NCBI GenBank assembly: GCA_000165345.1
Contig: CM000430.1
Coordinates: forward strand, 224,001 to 288,000
Length of the DNA stretch: 64,000 bases
Reading direction: 5' to 3'
Each line of letters begins with the position of its first letter. Position 1 is the stretch's first letter. The notes beneath the pieces were generated by a model. The model was not told the DNA's origin. It saw nothing but the letters and a program-made list of their open reading frames with translations, and made no database searches. The position numbers and the translations under genes are program-made. Below are positions 49,946 to 58,925 of this stretch, one piece after another.

Positions 49946-52381
49946 ATGACAAAGGAGAGAAGCTCTTCAATAATTAAACTGGAGAACTTTGAAAGTGCAG
50001 AGGCATTAATAGAGAATTATAGAAGGGAGTTTGAAATACATAGGCTGCATGAAACTTTGGAGTCTATGCTAATTGAAGAGGATGAATCCATTACTAATAT
50101 TTTAAATGCTGCTTATAGTGATTATTCGTTGATTTCAACGGATTTATTACCACTTGTTGATAGCTATCTGCCAAGTATTAAACAATTCCAAGAAAAAATT
50201 GATTCTAATGTAAATGATGTTACATCTATTGTTGAAAGATATTCTGAGGAAATTAATTCAAAGATCGATAACCATAATCTACTTTTTACCAAAAAACTGG
50301 AACAGAATTTATTTAAAATGTGTTATGATGAAATTAAAAGATATAGAGAGATATTGTCTATTACAAAAAGTCAATTTAATAAAGATGAAACCAGTAATTC
50401 ATTTCTATCAATAAGAATAATTCATTATTGTATATTAAGGCTATTAAAGATCAGAAAAAGTATTGATGCGATATATCAAACTATTAAAAAAAAACACACA
50501 AAACTCGACTTTGAATTTGAAAACAATAAACATTATAATGACTGTTTTGAAATATGTAATAATTTCTCTGATGAATTAAAGACATTGGTTGTTCAAGCAT
50601 CTAATAATATACTACAAGCCAATTATAGTAATTTTTTAGAAACAGAAGACTTTAAGCAAAACAATAATATATTGCTTCAATGTATCTTCCTTCTCAACTT
50701 AAAGGATGAGTTCATATCTAAAGTGAAGAACTATATTGGAACTGAAATAATTAGTAATTACAATTTTTATGACAATAAAGATGACAAACTTTTGTTTTCA
50801 AATGTAATAAATGACTTGGAAAATATTATTCAAGGTGAAAAATTGGCCAATTTCATCAATAAAATTGTATTTTCATTATTTAATTATGATGATGCTGAAT
50901 TTTTGATGTTCTTAATAGATATTTATATCCAGGGAGTTTTGTTATTTTTATTAGAGCACGTAGAAAGTACATATTCTGAACATATAGTTTCTCCTACCGC
51001 TCCAATGGACTTATTTGTTCATCAGCTAAACTCGATTATATCTCTAATTGAGAAGAATGAAAAAATTTTAATAAATTTTGAATCCAAAAGGATCCCAGCA
51101 AATAAATTAAAGGAATTGAAGCTAAAAATTCTTATTTGTTTCAGAGAAAACTACTTTATCAACAATTACTCAAAAAAATGGAAATTTGGAACTTATTGGA
51201 ATCTAATTTATAGAAATATTCTGAATAGGAGGATTAGCATTAGAAACGAAGTAGTCGAATTTTCAAAGGTTTATGTATATGACAATAAGAAGTATTGGTT
51301 AAAGTATTCAATCGAAATAATACGTCAAATACGTTGGATCCTTGGAAATTCTTCAATTCACAGCAATACCCCTCTTCCTCCTTCAAGATATTTGGTTCCT
51401 TTATTTATGCGTTGCCTTTATTCATCATTATTATTATTATATGACTACTCAAGCTATTTGTTGAGCTTTACGGAATTAAATAACTTTTCTGAAAAAAACA
51501 GCCAAAACAATTCAATTTGGTCTTCAAAAACTAAACCAGAACATATTTGTTGTGTATTAATGGATGCAATTTCTTTCGAAGAGTGGGTAAATATTCATTT
51601 TATTAACGAGATGTTCTTTCATATTGATCAGGTGAAAAGTGAATTTGGGTTTGTTGAGCCATTTGAATTATCTGAATATGAAAATGTTTTGGATATTGAT
51701 CAACTTAAATCGATGGTTAAAGATGAATTGATTAATCAAGATTATTTGGCTCATATTAATGAAAATCTCTTCAAACCGTTAACTAATACGATTAGTATTT
51801 ATTTGAAAAATCAAACGATAAGAATATTTGAAACAGGACTCAGAGCGGTTCCCTGTTTATATAGGCTTACTACAACATCAATTTCTAGCAAAGTTTCCGA
51901 TAAGATTGATAACAGTGAAAGAGTACCAAGTAGCTATATTGAGAATGCAACAAAACCCATTGAAGTGTTTTTAATATTTTCCTTGAATGCAATTAAATCA
52001 GTTATCGCAGATTTAAGTAGCAATACGATACAAAAGCTTAGAGAAACTTATTACAATATTTTATTTAATACTTTTGAGGGAATATTTGAGGAAATATTTG
52101 ATATTTGTGAAAAACAAATTCTTTCATCCAAGCACCAGCTGGCTTCACTACAAAAACTAGCGCAGAAAAATATAGGATCAGCAGCTAATAGAATTGACCC
52201 AAATATAATAGCATCTCAATATATGACGGACGTTGATACATGGTTGACAAAAATGCTCAGGTTAATCTCAAACTTCTTTGAAAATTTAGATCAAGGATCC
52301 GAAAAATATGTTAAAGAATATATAAATGCAATAAAAGAAGCTCCTAAATATCTTAAACTATATGAAATACTAAAAAACTAG
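49946..52381 (+). CDS. Hypothetical protein with an N-terminal coiled coil resembling vesicle-tethering (COG2/Vps51-type) subunits
   Basis: 811-aa ORF. The N-terminus (ENFESAEALIENYRREFEIHRLHETLESMLIEEDESITNILNAAYSDYSLISTDLLPLVDSYLPSIKQFQEKIDSNV) follows the F..F…LE.L…L…LIN.DY.DF..LS..L pattern of the COG2/Dor1 N-terminal domain. The rest is a long helical region. Confidence 0.35.
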   Translation: MTKERSSSIIKLENFESAEALIENYRREFEIHRLHETLESMLIEEDESITNILNAAYSDYSLISTDLLPLVDSYLPSIKQFQEKIDSNVNDVTSIVERYSEEINSKIDNHNLLFTKKLEQNLFKMCYDEIKRYREILSITKSQFNKDETSNSFLSIRIIHYCILRLLKIRKSIDAIYQTIKKKHTKLDFEFENNKHYNDCFEICNNFSDELKTLVVQASNNILQANYSNFLETEDFKQNNNILLQCIFLLNLKDEFISKVKNYIGTEIISNYNFYDNKDDKLLFSNVINDLENIIQGEKLANFINKIVFSLFNYDDAEFLMFLIDIYIQGVLLFLLEHVESTYSEHIVSPTAPMDLFVHQLNSIISLIEKNEKILINFESKRIPANKLKELKLKILICFRENYFINNYSKKWKFGTYWNLIYRNILNRRISIRNEVVEFSKVYVYDNKKYWLKYSIEIIRQIRWILGNSSIHSNTPLPPSRYLVPLFMRCLYSSLLLLYDYSSYLLSFTELNNFSEKNSQNNSIWSSKTKPEHICCVLMDAISFEEWVNIHFINEMFFHIDQVKSEFGFVEPFELSEYENVLDIDQLKSMVKDELINQDYLAHINENLFKPLTNTISIYLKNQTIRIFETGLRAVPCLYRLTTTSISSKVSDKIDNSERVPSSYIENATKPIEVFLIFSLNAIKSVIADLSSNTIQKLRETYYNILFNTFEGIFEEIFDICEKQILSSKHQLASLQKLAQKNIGSAANRIDPNIIASQYMTDVDTWLTKMLRLISNFFENLDQGSEKYVKEYINAIKEAPKYLKLYEILKN

Positions 52382-52391
52382 CATAAAGAGT

Positions 52392-54878
52392 TCATTTTTC
52401 GTCCCAAACTCGGTACCCTTTCCAATCAATCGGACAAATATAGTTATGTTCCTCCATGAACTTTAATAATGTTGAACTTGGACCATCTTTTTTCCCCCAA
52501 TTTTCTATACAATCACGCTCAAGGTCTAGAAGAATTTGTTTAGATACATACCAATTTCCTGCTAAGTAGTGTTTCAGACCTTTATTAAACCTATAGTAAA
52601 AATCTTGAAATAAATGTTTTCTCATGTTTTTTATAGAACTGTCTATATAAAATTCAGAAAATGCCCTGTAACTTAATTTACCAGTGTCAACTTGGTGAAA
52701 AATGCTGCTCGTCTCATCATCTTGAGCCTCTGGATCAATATCTATTGTATATAATTCCAGAGGTTGATTACTACCTTTTAAAGTAACGCAATCTATTTTC
52801 CTGCAAAACTGCTTCATGCTAACAGAAAGCTTTTCGAAAAGATTATGAGAAAGCAGAATATTTACTCCATAATGCTTTGTTGCACTTTCAAGTCTTGAAG
52901 AAAGGTTAACATTTGGAGATAAATAAGAGGCATCTATTTTATATTCTGAACCTATTGCGCCTTCTATTGCCCACCCATAATGTAATCCAAATCCAAGCTT
53001 TACTCTATAGTTTGGCATTCTTTCTTGGATTTCGCTCCTCATAGCGATTCTTTTTAGTTTGGGACAGCTAGAGATTTGCTTAATAATTATGACGAATGAA
53101 ATAACTGACATATCAGCTAATAAAGACTCCATCCCTTCCCACTTCTCGTCAGGTTTCCACACGAACAAAAATGCATCGCCAACATTCTTATTTGCTGATC
53201 CACCATATTTGCAAACTACTCCATGAGTAATTTCGGCAACTTGATTTACAAATACCATTACATCTTCACCCAATATTTCGGTTGCATCTGTGAAGTTTCG
53301 AATATCGCAAAACCCGTAAATACCCATTACTTTTTTACCAGGGAGTTTTACTACAACTTTATCATCTTTTAAATTATGAATAATTATATTAGCACCTGCA
53401 GATCCGAGACCTACTGCAAGTAATGTCCCTAGCTTTGAAAAGGTCTCCTCTAGCATTTTATTTGAAAATTTCCCCATAGTTGCATTTTCGTTACTTACTT
53501 CGTTGTATGCATTATTAGACATTTTCAACGCTAATAATGGATTACTTGCAATTGAGATGAGAGTATCGTTAATTCTCTTTATACTGCTGAAAATATGTTT
53601 TTCTAATACACAATGCACCAAAATCATTAATATTGTCAATAAAATTAGAGTTACAAATGATATTCCAATACTTAATCCTGCCCCCAATTGAAGCATCGTA
53701 GTAGTATCAAATACCATGGTTATCTTGGCTTTAAGCTCTTCTGGGCATGAACTATAAAAGTTAGAAATTGAATCAATACCTGATCTCATACATACTTGAC
53801 TCACATACTGCCTTAGTGATTGCTTGCGGATTTTTCTATAATCTTCAATTGGAATTAACGAGATCCCTTCTTTTAGAGTGGGTAATGTCAAAATTCCAAC
53901 AAACCAGGAAGGAATCTCAGAATTTGAAATAATTGACATAGCATCAGTCATAATTTCCAAATTAGATTTTGGGCAGCCTTCACATGTTGGGTTATTATTT
54001 AGAGTATATGGTGATTGTATAGCTACAAGCTTCATCCATTTAGAAGAGTCTCCAATACTATTTGTATAAACAAAATTACACAACTCTAACATATAAGCAA
54101 TTGGCCATGATTCATCACCTGGATACTGGTTTCTTAATATGGATAATTGACTAAGGTTTTTAATACTTAAAAATGCTGAACTATTTATTTGAATCCAAAC
54201 TGATGAACTTAATAAAGGATATAGCAACGCACTTAATACTAAAACGATTACAAATCTAAGGCCCAATATCTGCGAAAGAGCTATTTTATTCTCACTCAAA
54301 TGCTTATCAGAATCTAAATTATTCTTTGACAAATCTTTTTTTTGATTTTGTTGATATATGTTTTCTGTGTGAATAATCGATTTTTTATTGTATAACTTTG
54401 AGAATAAAGTAAAAAAGTCATTACAAACAAATAATAAAATAAATCTTGCACACTGCAATGTTGAGTTTATTAAGTTTAGTTGAAAGTTATATCCGTAGCC
54501 TTTTACTTGCGAAAACACTTGAAAATCATCAAAGTTTAGGGTATCAGCATCACATGTTGAATGCTCACTAGAGTCAAACAAAACTGCTGATAAAATGAGA
54601 AAAATATATGCGACCAAATCAAAAAAAAATATTGAGAGGTAGTTTTTTTTAAAGGCAAAAAAAACTAATATTTCGATTCCCCTAACGATTGTTAGAAATA
54701 ATATTATTGAAAAAAAAATCCAATCAGTTGTAGATTCTCTAAACAAAAATCGAACCTCATTGATAATAATTGAAGTTATTGTAAAGACCCCAAAAATTAT
54801 TAGTGTAAATTTGTTATAAAGAACTTTTTTCAATAATACTTCATATTCATATTTAAATCTATCCTTGAAAATCCTCAT
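52392..54878 (-). CDS. Membrane-anchored class III nucleotidyl cyclase (adenylyl/guanylyl): N-terminal multi-pass membrane domain plus C-terminal cyclase catalytic domain
   Basis: 828 aa. At least three hydrophobic helices lie in the first 110 aa, further TM segments follow, and there is a GYGYN motif. The C-terminal catalytic domain reads GIYGFCDIRNFTDATE…VFVNQVAEITHGVVCKYGG…KNVGDAFLFVW…VKLGFGLHYGWAIEGAIGSEYKIDASYLSPNVNLSSRLES (F.DI.GFT…G..K..GD.…+.G.H.G....G.+G…..Y...G..VN.ASR.E). Confidence 0.75.
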   Translation of the reverse strand: MRIFKDRFKYEYEVLLKKVLYNKFTLIIFGVFTITSIIINEVRFLFRESTTDWIFFSIILFLTIVRGIEILVFFAFKKNYLSIFFFDLVAYIFLILSAVLFDSSEHSTCDADTLNFDDFQVFSQVKGYGYNFQLNLINSTLQCARFILLFVCNDFFTLFSKLYNKKSIIHTENIYQQNQKKDLSKNNLDSDKHLSENKIALSQILGLRFVIVLVLSALLYPLLSSSVWIQINSSAFLSIKNLSQLSILRNQYPGDESWPIAYMLELCNFVYTNSIGDSSKWMKLVAIQSPYTLNNNPTCEGCPKSNLEIMTDAMSIISNSEIPSWFVGILTLPTLKEGISLIPIEDYRKIRKQSLRQYVSQVCMRSGIDSISNFYSSCPEELKAKITMVFDTTTMLQLGAGLSIGISFVTLILLTILMILVHCVLEKHIFSSIKRINDTLISIASNPLLALKMSNNAYNEVSNENATMGKFSNKMLEETFSKLGTLLAVGLGSAGANIIIHNLKDDKVVVKLPGKKVMGIYGFCDIRNFTDATEILGEDVMVFVNQVAEITHGVVCKYGGSANKNVGDAFLFVWKPDEKWEGMESLLADMSVISFVIIIKQISSCPKLKRIAMRSEIQERMPNYRVKLGFGLHYGWAIEGAIGSEYKIDASYLSPNVNLSSRLESATKHYGVNILLSHNLFEKLSVSMKQFCRKIDCVTLKGSNQPLELYTIDIDPEAQDDETSSIFHQVDTGKLSYRAFSEFYIDSSIKNMRKHLFQDFYYRFNKGLKHYLAGNWYVSKQILLDLERDCIENWGKKDGPSSTLLKFMEEHNYICPIDWKGYRVWDEK

Positions 54879-55092
54879 TTTATTTTCAATTTTTGTAAAA
54901 CTGATAAGTTTGAAATTTTCATGAAATATAGACTAACAGAAACTGAACATCAAAAACCAATACTCATTTATTCTTATTTGTTATTAAGGCTTGAGTTGAT
55001 TTTTTATTTTAAGTAATTTTAGCCATTATTTTCACATGCCAATAAATACAGTCATTACTAGACTCACACCCCCACCAGTTGTAAATTAATAA

Positions 55093-55107
55093 AATTGCCG
55101 CTAAAAT
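55093..55107. promoter_or_regulatory. E2F-like half-site AATTGCCGCTAAAAT in the divergent cyclase/DDHD spacer
   Basis: Seen in sequence. It resembles the MCM2-upstream TTTGCCGCCAAAA. Confidence 0.25.
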
Positions 55108-55249
55108 AGAATAAAATAAAATAAAAATTTCAATAAGAAAAAAAGAATGTGTTATATTTATTGATAGATAGTTGAAAATAAAGCTTAGGTATATGTTATT
55201 ATGTAATATTTGTACTTTTATAAAAGGTTAAAGCTACTACTTTGACAAT

Positions 55250-57307
55250 ATGTCCCCACAACTAAAAAACCTACACGATAAGAAAATATCCATTGATTTT
55301 ACTTTTCAAGATTTTTTTGAGCCTGATACATTGATTCAAGCTGATCGCCATTCTAGTCAAAGCAAAGAGGAATTGATTGAAGAATTTGACACTTTGTTTT
55401 CGGTTATTCCAAAAAATGACAAGACTTCCTTCGTCACTGGTTGTAGAGACTTTTTTATAATTGATAAAAAGCATTCAACTCAGAAAAACACCTCTAAAAA
55501 GAAAGGACTTAATACTAGTTTTTCAGAAATAAATAATTTAATTTCTAATGAAGCTAATGGAAAACGAGACGATTGTAATTTATCTTCAAACAGTAACGTT
55601 GAATCGCAAACAAGAAGAAACAAAACAAATCGATCTGGGGTTGGGAAAAGAAAGAACAAGAAAATAAGGTTCAATAGTGGTACTAAAGACAGTTTTCAAG
55701 AAAACTCTGATTTATTCCAAAACGATAGTCCTGGTCCTAATAATGGAATTTTGAATTATGAAGATTTTAGTCCTCCAAATTCACACAAAGAAACATTGGC
55801 AAGCGAGAATTCTTCATCAGAACAGTTCTCGCCATTATCAGAAAAGAAGCTACCTATAATTGATGGATATGGCCCATTTTCTCCAAGAAAATCAAAACAA
55901 CCTCCTCATATTATGCTGATTGTTCACGGAATTGGTAGCAACGAGTCTGCCATTAATAAAAATAGAGAGGAATTTGTTCACCAGCTAGAATCTGTAAAGG
56001 CACACTGGTTTTGGGAGGTAGATATTGATATTACGGTGGATGCAGTAGATTGGAAAAGTAAATTGGCATCTGTACAAGACCATATGTTCGACAGAATTAC
56101 TCTTCCTCAACATAGAGAAAATAGAATGCTTCTAAATAAGACGATTGGGGATGTGATGTATTTTATGGTTCCGAGATACGGAGATTATATTATTGCGGAA
56201 GTTGCAAAGCAATTAAATCAGAAAATTAAACAGTATAAGTCAAAAATTTCGGAAAAACCAAAAATTGTCTTAATTGGCCACTCTTTGGGAAGCGTAATAG
56301 TATATGAGCTTGTTTCAAGACAACAGACCAGGATTACTAAGTCAGAAATCCCAAAGCTCGACTTTGTTGTAGATCACCTGTTTCTGTGGGGTTCGCCATT
56401 ACCAGCAATGCTTGTAATGATGTTTCCGGAGTATCTGCGTTCAGGATTGACTCTTCCGAAAGGTCTTGCACCAATTCAGCCCAATGAAGGTTTTAGTGGA
56501 GGTAATTTTATTCTAAATAAATGCCCTGAATTAAAGATCTACAATGTCTTTCATCCATATGACCCTGTTGCATTCAGACTTGAGCCATTATTATATCCAA
56601 ATTTGGTTTCTCTGCCTGATCCTGTTCTTTTACCGTATTGGCGCAATCTTTCAAAGAGAACTTATCATCAGTGGGATAAGGAGATGGAGAATGCAAGAAA
56701 AGCTTTGTATGAGAGTATTAGTGGGATAACCTCTTCCATTTCTAATGCTGTGCTTGGCGGAATATTAGGATGGGGAGGAGTGAATGAATATAAATCTACG
56801 TTAGAAGTAAATCTTGTTCCCAGAGACCAAAAGATTAAACAGTTGAGAGATGAATCTGTGATTTCTAAATTTAAAACAAAGTTTTCCGCAAGTAGAAAGA
56901 CGGGTGCATTTACTGGTATCAACTTTTTAAATTCGTCAGAAAGGCAGTTAAAGACGCATAGCAATTCTGATAGAAGAGAAAGCGAATCTGTAAATTTTTC
57001 TTTGTTAAAAACCAATGAGGTTCCAGGAATACCAATTAGAGTGGACTATCAACTCCAAGAAGGGACTACTGAACACTACATTTCGTCATTAGCATTTCTT
57101 CAGTCGCACTTTAATTATTGGAAGAGCAGAGATTTAGGATTCTTTATATTATGGAAAATAATTGAAGATTTTGAGCCAGTAATTTCCTATGACGACTATA
57201 GAGCTGCATTAGAACATTTAAAACAAGATCAAACTGGGCTAGAGAATCTCGACTCGTCATCTGAGATTTCAGATGACTCGTCTTACAATGAGATAGAATC
57301 CGATTAA
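55250..57307 (+). CDS. DDHD-domain phospholipase (PA-PLA1 / SEC23-interacting protein family)
   Basis: 685 aa. Lipase nucleophile elbow IVLIGHSLGSVIVYELV (GxSxG) and a DDHD-type block (YNVFHPYDPVAFRLEPLLYP…, and at the C-terminus HYISSLAFLQSHFNYW). Long low-complexity N-terminus. Confidence 0.65.
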   Translation: MSPQLKNLHDKKISIDFTFQDFFEPDTLIQADRHSSQSKEELIEEFDTLFSVIPKNDKTSFVTGCRDFFIIDKKHSTQKNTSKKKGLNTSFSEINNLISNEANGKRDDCNLSSNSNVESQTRRNKTNRSGVGKRKNKKIRFNSGTKDSFQENSDLFQNDSPGPNNGILNYEDFSPPNSHKETLASENSSSEQFSPLSEKKLPIIDGYGPFSPRKSKQPPHIMLIVHGIGSNESAINKNREEFVHQLESVKAHWFWEVDIDITVDAVDWKSKLASVQDHMFDRITLPQHRENRMLLNKTIGDVMYFMVPRYGDYIIAEVAKQLNQKIKQYKSKISEKPKIVLIGHSLGSVIVYELVSRQQTRITKSEIPKLDFVVDHLFLWGSPLPAMLVMMFPEYLRSGLTLPKGLAPIQPNEGFSGGNFILNKCPELKIYNVFHPYDPVAFRLEPLLYPNLVSLPDPVLLPYWRNLSKRTYHQWDKEMENARKALYESISGITSSISNAVLGGILGWGGVNEYKSTLEVNLVPRDQKIKQLRDESVISKFKTKFSASRKTGAFTGINFLNSSERQLKTHSNSDRRESESVNFSLLKTNEVPGIPIRVDYQLQEGTTEHYISSLAFLQSHFNYWKSRDLGFFILWKIIEDFEPVISYDDYRAALEHLKQDQTGLENLDSSSEISDDSSYNEIESD

Positions 57308-57386
57308 TTTTTCTCAGTTAATTATAAAGAAATTAATAAAAACTTATCTAAAGTATATTTTCTTACTGCGATGTTTGTTAAGTACT

Positions 57387-58655
57387 CTAATGCACTCTAA
57401 CATAGTTACTAGGATCAGTTACTTGTTGATAATGGTCTCTCATAGGTATTAACCAGGTAAAGTTATTAGCTAAAACTCGTGGAAGGTAGTTTAGTCTAAC
57501 AAAGTAGACAATTGTTCGTTTCCAGTTTACCTTCGGCTGTTGAGGGAAACCATCACCTTCAAATATTGCCCTTCTTTTTTCATCCTCGGTGTAATATGAC
57601 TCAATCTTGTAAGTAATATAATCGGCCATTCTTGGATAAAACCTATATTCCTTGAAATAGTAAAGGACCACAATGATACCTAGTAGGCAAAATAGACATG
57701 TTGTGATGAAACTAACGATAGGATCAATAATATATTTGCTTAACAAACCACGACTTTTCTCCTGATTTTTTTGATTCCTTCTTATTGTAGGCTTTGGAAC
57801 CGGGATTTCTTGATTGATCAAGTTTATAGAGTTGGCTGATAACTTACAATTTGAAGAATTTGCAGAATGCCTACATGTATGAATGCAAGTATTTAGTTCT
57901 GAAACAATAAGAGGAGAAATACCTCCGGATTTGTATTGTGCTTGTTTAAGATTGCTCTTGCATCGCTCAATACAGTCCTTAAACATATTAATTACATTCT
58001 TTTCGCATTGATCTGCCGGTAATTCAGGAGATGGACTTGATGGAGTGTTTTGATTAGAAGTTTCTTTCATGTTGTTTGTGTTTTGAGTAGTTCCTTCTAA
58101 CTTTTGTTCAATTAAAGCTTGCTCCTTACTCGAGCTCTCTGAACTCTGGATAGTCGACTTCTTGTTATTTTGTTCATTTAAGTTCTTTCCTGTAAATCCA
58201 AATGAGAACATGTTCCTACCCCTTTCTTCTGGCTTTGTATTATTTTGCGGATTTTCAGGATATAGATGATACTCGAGATAGTGCTTTAAATCTTCAAATT
58301 TTCTTTTTAATATTGGTTTATGTTTCACTTCTTCTTTTTTTGAATTTGAATTAATCCTTGATATTACGTCTTTAATGTTTTGTGGTATCCATGAACTAGA
58401 CTTGGTTTTAGGAGTTGGAGGAGAAACTTTAATCATCTTTTTAAAGCCCTCAAAAACATCAGTTGAGCTTGATGTTACATTTTCATCCATCAGAAACTCT
58501 CTCAATAAGTCCAAATTAAACCATGAATCATTTGTCTGATTTGTGGCTTTGCTATTGACAATAAACAATTCACAAGTTGCATAATTAAATACAGTAAAGC
58601 AACTATATAGAAATATAAATATTGTAGAATAATTAATAAGAGGCAAACTCTTCAT
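57387..58655 (-). CDS. Hypothetical type I membrane protein: signal peptide, Cys-rich ectodomain, single TM, basic cytoplasmic tail
   Basis: Signal peptide MKSLPLINYSTIFIFLYSCFTVFNYATC. Ectodomain with at least eight Cys (CEKNVINMFKDCIERCK…CIHTCRHSANSSNCK). TM helix IVSFITTCLFCLLGIIVVLYYF. Tail of ~80 aa. Confidence 0.5.
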   Translation of the reverse strand: MKSLPLINYSTIFIFLYSCFTVFNYATCELFIVNSKATNQTNDSWFNLDLLREFLMDENVTSSSTDVFEGFKKMIKVSPPTPKTKSSSWIPQNIKDVISRINSNSKKEEVKHKPILKRKFEDLKHYLEYHLYPENPQNNTKPEERGRNMFSFGFTGKNLNEQNNKKSTIQSSESSSKEQALIEQKLEGTTQNTNNMKETSNQNTPSSPSPELPADQCEKNVINMFKDCIERCKSNLKQAQYKSGGISPLIVSELNTCIHTCRHSANSSNCKLSANSINLINQEIPVPKPTIRRNQKNQEKSRGLLSKYIIDPIVSFITTCLFCLLGIIVVLYYFKEYRFYPRMADYITYKIESYYTEDEKRRAIFEGDGFPQQPKVNWKRTIVYFVRLNYLPRVLANNFTWLIPMRDHYQQVTDPSNYVRVH

Positions 58656-58750
58656 TTTAACTACAAATTTTACTTAGTAATTAAGATGGAAGAATTGGTT
58701 TATTTATGCTCAAACTCACTTTTCGTGAGGAAACATGTAAAAATTAGCCA

Positions 58751-58766
58751 ACGTTGGCGCTCAATA
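58751..58766. promoter_or_regulatory. E2F-like variant AACGTTGGCGCTCAAT, about 100 bp upstream of the 57387..58655 gene
   Basis: Seen in sequence. Confidence 0.3.
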
Positions 58767-58925
58767 GCTAACCAACACTATTCGTGATTGCCGCAAATAA
58801 CGGATTAATAGATCTATTTAATTATTTAAAAATAACCTACATAGTTTAGGAATCAAATTATGGAAATTCCCCCCAAGATCCCTTATCGTACTAAAGAAAC
58901 AGAACAAGGTTTGAAAACACAATAA

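Noticed and set aside
52392-54878. Calling the cyclase specifically a K+-channel/adenylyl cyclase (ACalpha) or assigning AC versus GC specificity
   Set aside because: A GYG tripeptide alone is weak evidence. I cannot identify a voltage-sensor helix or the purine-specifying residues without alignment, so the feature is kept as a generic membrane-anchored class III cyclase with the chimera idea listed as a finding.
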